Below, piece after piece: positions 36,452-44,475 of a stretch of DNA of 64,000 nucleotides. Under the pieces are notes generated by a model. The model had not been told where the DNA came from. It was given only the letters and a program-made list of their open reading frames with translations, and searched no databases. The DNA is from Anaerolineales bacterium. GTDB lineage: Bacteria; Chloroflexota; Anaerolineae; Anaerolineales; UBA11858. The stretch is taken from NCBI GenBank assembly GCA_021108255.1, contig JAIORG010000072.1:95-64094 (forward strand), written 5' to 3'. Each line of letters opens with the position of its first letter. Within the stretch, counting starts at the first letter, position 1. A program made the position numbers and the translations under genes.

Positions 36452-36638
36452 ATGTCTTAAGAAAGACTGTTTCGAACTAATCTTGTCCGGGCAAGCTTAA
36501 CTTAACTAATACTCCCGATAATGTTCCAATGCGGGTGAATTCTCTCGTTTATTAAATATTATTGATCATAATAATTGCCCGGCAGGAAATTTTCTATTTC
36601 CCCTTGGGCAGTTCTGGGTTTAAGGAAAGTGTCAGAAC

Positions 36639-36667
36639 TTGACAAAAAGGCCGACAACCCCTATAAT
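36639..36667 (+). promoter_or_regulatory. Consensus sigma70 promoter of the ulaE-like...DUF89 operon
   Basis: TTGACA (36639-36644), a 17-nt spacer, then TATAAT (36662-36667). Confidence 0.6.
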
Positions 36668-36668
36668 T

Positions 36669-36703
36669 AGCACATACGTGAACACACAAATCACATATGT
36701 GAT
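36669..36703. promoter_or_regulatory. Bipartite operator candidate, copy 2 (inverted as a unit)
   Basis: AGCACATACGTGAA (36669-36682, reverse complement TTCACGTATGTGCT) plus ATCACATATGTGAT (36690-36703). Their centres are 21 bp apart, and the second box ends 12 nt before the ATG. Confidence 0.5.
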
Positions 36704-36714
36704 ATTGGTACTCA

Positions 36715-37593
36715 ATGAAAAAAACCTGGATCAGCACCCTTGACTCTATCCCGGTTGGCCTGTACGAAAAAGCCCTGCCAAAAAACCTCACCTGGGAAGA
36801 ACGTTTAATTCTAACCAGGCAGACCGGCTTTGATTTTTTGGAAATCTCCATTGATGATACCGATGAGCGTATCACGCGTTTAGATTGGACCAAAAAAGTG
36901 AAACAGGATATTAAGAACACTATGGAGCGGACCGGGGTGAAGATCCAATCATTAAGCCTCAGCGCTCATCGCCGATATCCCCTGGGAAGCAAATCTGCTG
37001 AAACTCGCTCAAATGCATTGGATGCTTTTAAGAAGGCAGTTGACCTGGCGGTTGAATTGGGCATTCGGACTATCTTGATTGGCGGCGCAGATAATTACTA
37101 TGGGGAAAGCGACCAGGAGTCTCAGGATTGGTTCTTAACCAACCTGGGAAAAGGCTTCGAATGGGCCAGCGGGGCGGGTGTAATGCTGGCATTAGAAAAC
37201 TGGGATATCCAGATAGACACTTTATCAAAAGCAATGGAGTATGTCCGTTATTTTAATTCTCCCTGGTTCCAGGTTTATGCAGATTTTGGGAACTTGATTT
37301 TTGCCGGAGTGGATGTGGTTTCCCAGTTAGAGGAAGTAAAGGGGCATATTGCAGCCCTCCATATTAAAGACACCCTTCCCGGGCAGCTGCGGTATGTGAC
37401 CCCAGGAGAGGGAGAAGTACCATTTGTGGATGCATTTACAAAATTAGCCCAGATCGGTTTCCAGGCGCCAGTGGTTTTAGAACTCTGGACTGAAGAATTT
37501 CCTGACGCGGTTGAAATCGTTGAGGAAGCTGGAAAATTCATTAGAGCCCGGATGAAAGATGGTTGGAGTAGATTCCAAGCCGGGCAACCATAA
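36715..37593 (+). CDS. ulaE: L-ribulose-5-phosphate 3-epimerase / L-xylulose-5-P 3-epimerase (UlaE/SgbU-like)
   Basis: Collinear by eye with E. coli UlaE: P(V/L)G(L/I)YEKALP, GFDF(L/V)E(I/M)S(I/V)D(D/E)TDER(I/L)(T/S)RLDW, LSAHRR(Y/F)PLGS, NPWFQ(V/L)Y.D.GNL. Confidence 0.85.
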   Translation: MKKTWISTLDSIPVGLYEKALPKNLTWEERLILTRQTGFDFLEISIDDTDERITRLDWTKKVKQDIKNTMERTGVKIQSLSLSAHRRYPLGSKSAETRSNALDAFKKAVDLAVELGIRTILIGGADNYYGESDQESQDWFLTNLGKGFEWASGAGVMLALENWDIQIDTLSKAMEYVRYFNSPWFQVYADFGNLIFAGVDVVSQLEEVKGHIAALHIKDTLPGQLRYVTPGEGEVPFVDAFTKLAQIGFQAPVVLELWTEEFPDAVEIVEEAGKFIRARMKDGWSRFQAGQP

Positions 37594-37614
37594 TAAGAGG
37601 AGTTACACAGTTCG

Positions 37615-38265
37615 ATGACTGACAAACCCTACCTTCAATTAGCTTTAGATTATTTTGATTTGGCACCGGCCCTGGCAATGGCGCAAATTGTTCACAGGGA
37701 AGTTGATATTATCGAGATTGGCACTCCGTTAACCAAAGCCGCGGGTATGCTGGCGGTAAAAACAATCCGGGAGATGTGTCCTGATAATTTGATCCTGGCT
37801 GATATCAAATCTCCTGATGTTGGTGGGGGGGAAGCAAAGATGGCTTTTGACGCAGGAGCTGACTGGATGACAGTCTTAGGCGCTGCACCCCTGGATACAG
37901 TCAAGCTTGCTTTAGAGGAAGCCAACTCCCGACCAGGTAAGGAAATGTTCATCGAACTTACAGGTATTCGAGATATCATTACTCGAGCCAGGGACTGGCG
38001 TGGTATCGGGGTTGAGCGTATGGTTTATCACAGGGGATGGGATGAAGGCAATCTTTCCCGCTCCTGGGATGCCCAAGACAAAGATACAATCCAGGAATTG
38101 ATCCAGATGGGATTTGAAATTTCAGTCGCTGGCGGTCTGGGACTTGATATGATTCCATTTTTCGAAGGATTAGATATTTCCGTTTTTATTATCGGCAGAG
38201 CAATCCGGGAAACTCCTGATCCTGCTGCAACCGCCCGGAAATTCCAGGAAGCGATTAATAAATAG
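37615..38265 (+). CDS. ulaD: 3-keto-L-gulonate-6-phosphate decarboxylase-like (UlaD/SgbH; OMPDC suprafamily)
   Basis: LQLALD, VDIIEIGTPL, LADIK, IELTG, VYHRGWD, GGL, and FIIGRAIR all match UlaD. These motifs fit UlaD better than hexulose-6-P synthase. Confidence 0.8.
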   Translation: MTDKPYLQLALDYFDLAPALAMAQIVHREVDIIEIGTPLTKAAGMLAVKTIREMCPDNLILADIKSPDVGGGEAKMAFDAGADWMTVLGAAPLDTVKLALEEANSRPGKEMFIELTGIRDIITRARDWRGIGVERMVYHRGWDEGNLSRSWDAQDKDTIQELIQMGFEISVAGGLGLDMIPFFEGLDISVFIIGRAIRETPDPAATARKFQEAINK

Positions 38266-38295
38266 AAGATATTTTTTTTGGGGAGGTAAAACGAT

Positions 38296-39261
38296 ATGAC
38301 TTTAACGAAGGAAAAGGCAGAGCAGTATCTATTGCAAATGTATCAAATCCGTGCCTTTGAAGAGCAGGCTGAAAAGAGCTATATGGCAGGCAAAATTCAC
38401 GGTACGATGCACCTTTCAATAGGGCAGGAGGCATCCGCAGTCGGTTCCATCAGCACACTGGAACCAACTGATTTCATTATTGGTCATCACCGGGGACATG
38501 GTCTTTGTATTGCCAAGGGAGCAGATCTCAATTTGATGATGGCTGAATTTTATGGCAAGGAAAATGGATACTGCCGGGGGCGGGGTGGATCCATGCATAT
38601 TGCTGATGTGGACGGCGGTAACCTGGGAGCGAATGGTGTTGTCGGCGGAGGCATCCCGCTGGCTGTAGGAGTTGGTATTGGTTTGAAAATGCAGGCGGAA
38701 AACAAAGTGCTGCTGGCATTTTTTGGTGATGGGGCGGCATCAACCGGTGCCTTCCACGAGTCGATGATTCTGGCAGTGCTATACCAGGTGCCTGTTGTTT
38801 TCATTTGCGAGAACAACCAGTACGCCATGTCTTTTTCAGCAAATGATTGGACAACAAGTAAAAAAATTGCGGCCCACGGAGAAATCTACGGCATGCCCGG
38901 AAGCACATCAACTGACGGAAATGACCTTCTGGAGGTTCAGAAGGCAGTCGAAGCAGCAGTTAAACGAGCGCGTGAAGGGGGAGGACCCTCTTTAATTGTA
39001 AATGATACCTACCGCTGGCGGGGACATTCCAAGAGCGATCGAAATCGTTATCGAACAAAAGAAGAAATTGAGAAATGGAAGAAGAAGGATCCGATTCTAA
39101 GATTCCAGAAGCAATGTATCGGTGAAAAATTGCTGTCGGAAAAAGAAGCTGAAAAAATTAAGGATCAGGGCTATGCTGATATCGAGTCAGCCCGCCTGTT
39201 TGCTGAAGCCAGTCCTGAACCTGACGTCGCAGCACTTGAAGAAGGGGTATACGCGCCATGA
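38296..39261 (+). CDS. TPP-dependent 2-oxo/acetoin dehydrogenase E1 alpha subunit
   Basis: [23 protein letters not shown], and the TPP motif GDGA(X)n NN are present. Confidence 0.9.
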   Translation: MTLTKEKAEQYLLQMYQIRAFEEQAEKSYMAGKIHGTMHLSIGQEASAVGSISTLEPTDFIIGHHRGHGLCIAKGADLNLMMAEFYGKENGYCRGRGGSMHIADVDGGNLGANGVVGGGIPLAVGVGIGLKMQAENKVLLAFFGDGAASTGAFHESMILAVLYQVPVVFICENNQYAMSFSANDWTTSKKIAAHGEIYGMPGSTSTDGNDLLEVQKAVEAAVKRAREGGGPSLIVNDTYRWRGHSKSDRNRYRTKEEIEKWKKKDPILRFQKQCIGEKLLSEKEAEKIKDQGYADIESARLFAEASPEPDVAALEEGVYAP

Positions 39262-40244
39262 GAGAGATCACATACTTAGAAGCTGTACGCGAAGCAATGA
39301 CACAGGAAATGGAGCGTGATTCCCGCGTTTTCCTGATAGGAGAAGACGTTGGTGAATACGGCGGAGCTTTTCAGGTATCCTACGGTATGCTGGAAAAGTT
39401 CGGCCCCGAACGTATCCTGGATACCCCCATTACTGAGTTGGGTTTAACTGGTGCGGCAACTGGAGCTGCCTTGATCGGCATGCGCCCTATTGCGGAAATC
39501 ATGTTCATGGATTTCACTACCCTGGCATCAGAGCAGCTGGTAAACCAGGCTGCTAAATTGCGCTTTATGTTTGGAGGGAACGCTACCGTGCCGTTGGTGT
39601 TGAGGACACCAGCAGGATCCGGAACCGGGGCAGCTGAACATCATTCCCAAAGTTTCGAAAATTGGTTTGTTCATGTTCCGGGATTAAAGGTAGTTATGCC
39701 CACTACGCCTTATGATGCTAAAGGGCTGTTAATTGCGTCCATCCGGGATGATAACCCGGTGGTTTTCATAGAACATAAACTGCTCTATAAAACTAAAGGT
39801 GATGTACCGGAAGAGCTTTATGAGATTCCGCTGGGGAAGGCGGATATTAAAAGGGAAGGAAAGGATCTTACAATTATTGCCACCTCGATCATGGTGCAAC
39901 GCTCTTTGCAGGCTGCAGAAGAGTTGGCTAAAGACGGCATAGACGTTGAGATCGTTGATCCCCGCACGCTGCGCCCCCTGGATACCGAAACTATCGTCAA
40001 TTCTGTCAAGAAAACCGGTAAGGTTCTAATTGTCCATGAAGCGGTTAAAACGGGCGGATTCGGCGGCGAACTCGCCGGCGTGATCGCCGAAAGTGAAGCG
40101 TTTGGCTATTTGGACGCGCCGATCCTGCGTTTGGCGGGACGGGAAGTTCCCATTCCATATAATCGTAATCTTGAACTTAAAGCAGTTCCTCAGGTTGAAG
40201 ATATTATCCAGAAAGCCAGGGAACTGGTAAATTTAAGGGTGTAA
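39258..40244 (+). CDS. 2-oxo/acetoin dehydrogenase E1 beta subunit
   Basis: [19 protein letters not shown], and the HSQS motif are present. ATGA overlap with E1 alpha. Confidence 0.9.
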   Translation: MREITYLEAVREAMTQEMERDSRVFLIGEDVGEYGGAFQVSYGMLEKFGPERILDTPITELGLTGAATGAALIGMRPIAEIMFMDFTTLASEQLVNQAAKLRFMFGGNATVPLVLRTPAGSGTGAAEHHSQSFENWFVHVPGLKVVMPTTPYDAKGLLIASIRDDNPVVFIEHKLLYKTKGDVPEELYEIPLGKADIKREGKDLTIIATSIMVQRSLQAAEELAKDGIDVEIVDPRTLRPLDTETIVNSVKKTGKVLIVHEAVKTGGFGGELAGVIAESEAFGYLDAPILRLAGREVPIPYNRNLELKAVPQVEDIIQKARELVNLRV

Positions 40245-40245
40245 T

Positions 40246-41571
40246 ATGGCAATTGAAATGATCATGCCCAAAGTGGACATGGACCAGGAAACCGGGACAG
40301 TGGTTGAATGGCTGAAAGGTAACGGTCAGCAGGTTGAGGAAGGTGAAACAATCCTGGTGATGGAAACAGACAAAATTGCCATTGATGTTGAAGCGCCGGG
40401 AACAGGGATACTGGATGGTATCTCCGCTAATCCGGGCGACGTTGTTCCTATTGGAACGGTGATAGCTTACATCCTGGCAGAAGGGGAAGATCTACCAAAG
40501 AAACCAATTGAATCAAAAGAACCTGTTCTGGAAATCCCAGAATCATCTGTTCCCGCCGAAATAGAGATATCGGCTACACCAGTTGCCAGAAATATGGCAG
40601 CAGTTCATGGTGTTAATCTGGCTGTTGTGGACTCAACTGGTACTGGCGGGAAAGTCACCAAAGCGGATGTTCAGGCAGTTGTCTCCCGGGCAGCCAAACC
40701 GGTTGATCCCCGGGAAATTTATGCAACACCAGCAGCGAGAAGAACTGCCAGAATTGAGGCCGTGAACATGGGATTAGTTCGGGGCAGTGGGCCGGGAAGT
40801 CGGATCCAGGTAGCTGATGTAAAAGGCTACCTGACCAGTAAAACCCAGGCTGATTTTGCAGCAAGCCCTCAGATACAAGCAGGGGAAGTTATTCCATTAA
40901 TTGGCATGCGCCGCACTATTGCAGAGCGATTAACGGCAAGTTACCAATCTATACCGCATATCCAATTTACTGTTCGTGTTGATATGACTAATTTCTTCAA
41001 AGCGCGGAACGACTACAATGAATTAGCCCTTAAGCGCGGAGATGACAAGGTGTCTGTTACTGCTGTGCTGGTAAAATTAGTGTCAATGGTTTTAACAGAT
41101 CATCCCTGGGTAAATAGTTCGCTCATTGATGACAAAATCATCCTTCATAAGGACATTAACATTGGCGTTGCGGTAGCCCTGGAAAAAGGATTAATTGTTC
41201 CCGTGGTCAAAAACGCAGATCAAAAAGGAATCAGTTTGATCGCCTTTGAAACCAATGATCTCATTACCCGGGCCAGAGAAGAAAATCTGAACAGCGCGGA
41301 CGTCAAAGACGGAACATTTACGATAACCAATCTTGGACCATTTGGTGTAGAGCAGTTTAATGCCATCATCAATCCTCCGGAAGCAGGTATCCTGGCGGTG
41401 GGATCCACAACATCTGAAGTTGTGGCTTTACCAGATGGCACGATTGCTACCAGGCCGATAATGCGGCTGACATTGTCTGCGGATCACAGAATTGTTGATG
41501 GTGCTGTTGCGGCTAGATTTATTGGTGATTTGAAGACCACTTTAGAGAATCCAATCTTGATGAATTATTAA
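40246..41571 (+). CDS. Dihydrolipoamide acyltransferase E2 (one lipoyl domain, two PSBD-like segments, catalytic domain)
   Basis: Lipoyl-lysine motif METDKIA, two ATP.AR...GV/M..V.G(T/S)G..G.(V/I)...DV segments, and catalytic DHR..DG. Confidence 0.9.
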   Translation: MAIEMIMPKVDMDQETGTVVEWLKGNGQQVEEGETILVMETDKIAIDVEAPGTGILDGISANPGDVVPIGTVIAYILAEGEDLPKKPIESKEPVLEIPESSVPAEIEISATPVARNMAAVHGVNLAVVDSTGTGGKVTKADVQAVVSRAAKPVDPREIYATPAARRTARIEAVNMGLVRGSGPGSRIQVADVKGYLTSKTQADFAASPQIQAGEVIPLIGMRRTIAERLTASYQSIPHIQFTVRVDMTNFFKARNDYNELALKRGDDKVSVTAVLVKLVSMVLTDHPWVNSSLIDDKIILHKDINIGVAVALEKGLIVPVVKNADQKGISLIAFETNDLITRAREENLNSADVKDGTFTITNLGPFGVEQFNAIINPPEAGILAVGSTTSEVVALPDGTIATRPIMRLTLSADHRIVDGAVAARFIGDLKTTLENPILMNY

Positions 41572-41583
41572 TTAGGAGAACTA

Positions 41584-41853
41584 ATGCTGGAAATCACTGT
41601 AATTATTATTCACGAAGTAGGGCTTCATGCCCGGCCTGCGTCCCTGTTTGTGCAGACAGCCGCAAAATATTCAAGTGATATTGAAGTCACTCATGGCGAA
41701 ATTACAACCAATGCAAAAAGTATCCTGGGTGTTCTCACCCTTGGCGCTCATAAAGGCGCGGAAATAAACATCAAAGCTGAGGGCGAAGACGCCGAAGAGG
41801 CGCTGAAAGCTTTGGAACAGCTTGTGTTGAATAATTTTGGAGAGGATGAATGA
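41584..41853 (+). CDS. ptsH: Phosphocarrier protein HPr
   Basis: GLHARPA (His-15 equivalent) and NAKSILGVLTLG (Ser-46 equivalent) are present, and the protein is 89 aa long. Confidence 0.9.
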   Translation: MLEITVIIIHEVGLHARPASLFVQTAAKYSSDIEVTHGEITTNAKSILGVLTLGAHKGAEINIKAEGEDAEEALKALEQLVLNNFGEDE

Positions 41854-43577
41854 AAAGCATTTCAGGCATTCCTGCTTCCTATGGCATTGCAATCGGCTCG
41901 GCTTTTGTGTTTGACCGTGCCGAGATAGTCATTGAGACTTATTCGATAAAAGATCCGGCTGCAGAGTGGAAACGGTTTGAAGAAGCCCGGGAAAAAACCC
42001 ACCATCAACTTGATGAAGCCTATCAGAAAACAAAAGACGATTGCGGTGAAGAAGCAGCCGAAATTTTTAATGCCCAGAAATTAATGCTTGAGGATCCTGA
42101 ATTAATCAATACGGTAAAAAACCAGGTTGAAAAAGACCTCACCAATATTGAATCGGCTTTATATAAAACAGCTGAAAGTTATGCCCAACAGCTAGAAGCT
42201 ATCAATGATGAATATCTGAGCGCACGGGCGCTGGATATCCGGGATGTTTCATCTCGCTGTTTGAGAAATCTATTGGGCACAACCGATTCGCCTGCTGCCG
42301 CATTAAAGATACCCTCGATCATCGTAGCAAGGGATCTCACTCCCTCTGATACAGTTCTGCTTGACAAGGATTTTGTTTTGGGGTTTTGCACCGCTGAAGG
42401 TGGATCAACTTCCCATACGGCAATATTGGCCAGAGGACTTGGCCTTCCTGCGGTCGTGGGAGTAGGAACCGCTATTGAAGACATTCAGAATGGCGAAGAG
42501 TTGGTTTTAGACGGTGACGCGGGGGTAATAGTTATCAATCCCGATCAGGGCGCGCTGGAAGAATTTAGCAGTAGACAGGAAAAGTTTTATAAGCTCCAGG
42601 CCGAGGCTGAAGCAATCACCCATCAACCCGCAGTGACAACTGATGGTCATCAGGTGGAAATTGTTGCCAATATTGGGAATGTAGAAGGTGTGCAAACAGC
42701 TCTCGATGCTGGAGCCGAGGGTGTGGGCTTGTTGCGCTCTGAATTCTTGTATCTGGAGAGATCCAGTTTGCCGTCAGAAGAAGAACAGTACCAGAATTAC
42801 AAAACGATCGCCGATGCCTTTGGAGATAAACCGGTTATCCTGCGTTCGCTGGATGTGGGGGGAGACAAGGATATTCCGTATATCGATATGCCTGCGGAAA
42901 CTAACCCCTTCCTGGGAGTTAGAGCAATCCGTCTTTGTTTGTCACGTCCTGAGTTGTTTAAGCCGCAATTAAGGGCGGCATTAAGAGCGGGATATGGGAA
43001 TAATCTGAAATTGATGTTCCCTATGGTTGCAACTGTAGATGATGTGCTCAAAACCCGGGAGGTACTGGAAGAGTGCCGGGGTGAGTTAAAAAACGAAGGC
43101 TTTGATGTTGCTGATGAGATGGATATCGGTATTATGATCGAGATTCCCTCCGCTGCGATTATGGCTGATCAATTATCTGAAGTTGTGGATTTCTTTTCAA
43201 TTGGAACCAATGATCTCAGCCAATATACTTTAGCAGCGGACCGAACCAATGCCCAGGTTGCTCAAATCGCATCCGGTTTCCAACCCGCCGTCTTCCGCTT
43301 GATCAAAGGGGTGATTGACGCAGCGCATTCAAATGGAAAATGGGTTGGATTGTGTGGTGAGATGGCTGGTGAGCTGTTGGCCATTCCTATTCTACTGGGA
43401 TTAGGGCTGGATGAGTTCAGCATGAATCCTCCTGCCATTCCCTTTGCAAAACAGCTAATTCGCTCGATATCTTTTAAGCACGCTCAACAGGTTGCTCAAA
43501 CAGCGCTAGACCTAAGAAGCGACACCGAAATTCGGGAATATATCCAGAAAGTGATCCCGGAAGTAAATATAGGGTAA
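41850..43577 (+). CDS. ptsI: Phosphoenolpyruvate-protein phosphotransferase (Enzyme I)
   Basis: GGSTSHTAILARGLGLPAVVG (active His), LRSEFL, GTNDL.QY, and C-terminal CGEMAG are present. ATGA overlap with ptsH. Confidence 0.95.
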   Translation: MKSISGIPASYGIAIGSAFVFDRAEIVIETYSIKDPAAEWKRFEEAREKTHHQLDEAYQKTKDDCGEEAAEIFNAQKLMLEDPELINTVKNQVEKDLTNIESALYKTAESYAQQLEAINDEYLSARALDIRDVSSRCLRNLLGTTDSPAAALKIPSIIVARDLTPSDTVLLDKDFVLGFCTAEGGSTSHTAILARGLGLPAVVGVGTAIEDIQNGEELVLDGDAGVIVINPDQGALEEFSSRQEKFYKLQAEAEAITHQPAVTTDGHQVEIVANIGNVEGVQTALDAGAEGVGLLRSEFLYLERSSLPSEEEQYQNYKTIADAFGDKPVILRSLDVGGDKDIPYIDMPAETNPFLGVRAIRLCLSRPELFKPQLRAALRAGYGNNLKLMFPMVATVDDVLKTREVLEECRGELKNEGFDVADEMDIGIMIEIPSAAIMADQLSEVVDFFSIGTNDLSQYTLAADRTNAQVAQIASGFQPAVFRLIKGVIDAAHSNGKWVGLCGEMAGELLAIPILLGLGLDEFSMNPPAIPFAKQLIRSISFKHAQQVAQTALDLRSDTEIREYIQKVIPEVNIG

Positions 43578-43584
43578 AAATCCC

Positions 43585-44436
43585 ATGCGAACATTTCCCG
43601 AATGCTACGGATGTCTCCTGCGGCAGGCTGTATCTGCCATGAATTACGGCGGGGTAGACCAGAGGACCCAAATCGATACTATAAAAGAAGTACTGCATAC
43701 CCTGGAGAAAGCCGATGATTCGCTTACTCCATCTAACCATGCCGGTCAAACGAATCGGGTAATAAGAGAGAGGGTTGGGATCGATGATCTTTACCATGAA
43801 ATTAAACAGGAAAGCCACATCTTGGCCGAGGGATATTTGGAGGATTTGATAGATTTATCAAATGGAGGCAGCGACAAACTCGAGCAAGGGCTAAAGATAA
43901 GCGCGGCGGGCAATATTATTGATGTTGTTCACGTAAATGATTATGACCTCTGGAAAGAAGTAATTACTACTGTAAACCAGGAGCTGCAGGGCGGGGGAGT
44001 AGAAGCTTTCCGGCAAAGAATCGCCGAATCGCCCTATTTGTTATATCTGGCGGACAACGTGGGAGAAACTATATTCGATCGGGTATTTATTGAAACTCTG
44101 GACATTCCCGTGATCTATGCAGTCAAAGGTGGCCCAATTCTAAATGATGCCACCCTGGAAGATGCTCTGGCAGCTGGAATTGATCAGCTAGCAGAGATAG
44201 TAGAGACAGGGTCCCGATCACCGGGCACTATTCTTAATCAATGTTCGGAGGAATTCCAGCAGCTTTTTGAGAAATCAAACCTGGTCTTATCCAAAGGACA
44301 GGCAAATTATGAAACGCTGGACGACAAGGGGGATAAAATATTTTTCTTGTTACGGGTAAAGTGCCCCGTTCTGAGCAGGGAGATTAATTCACCTCTTGAT
44401 ACACTGGTGCTGAAGCAGGGAGCCTCTCTGAAGTAA
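43585..44436 (+). CDS. DUF89-family metal-dependent (sugar-)phosphatase
   Basis: FPECYGCLLRQA N-terminus, LADNVGETIFD and SKGQANYETL motifs. It starts 7 nt after ptsI. Confidence 0.8.
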   Translation: MRTFPECYGCLLRQAVSAMNYGGVDQRTQIDTIKEVLHTLEKADDSLTPSNHAGQTNRVIRERVGIDDLYHEIKQESHILAEGYLEDLIDLSNGGSDKLEQGLKISAAGNIIDVVHVNDYDLWKEVITTVNQELQGGGVEAFRQRIAESPYLLYLADNVGETIFDRVFIETLDIPVIYAVKGGPILNDATLEDALAAGIDQLAEIVETGSRSPGTILNQCSEEFQQLFEKSNLVLSKGQANYETLDDKGDKIFFLLRVKCPVLSREINSPLDTLVLKQGASLK

Positions 44437-44475
44437 TCGGTTCAGACACGATTTTTCTCTCTCTACCCTCTCCAA

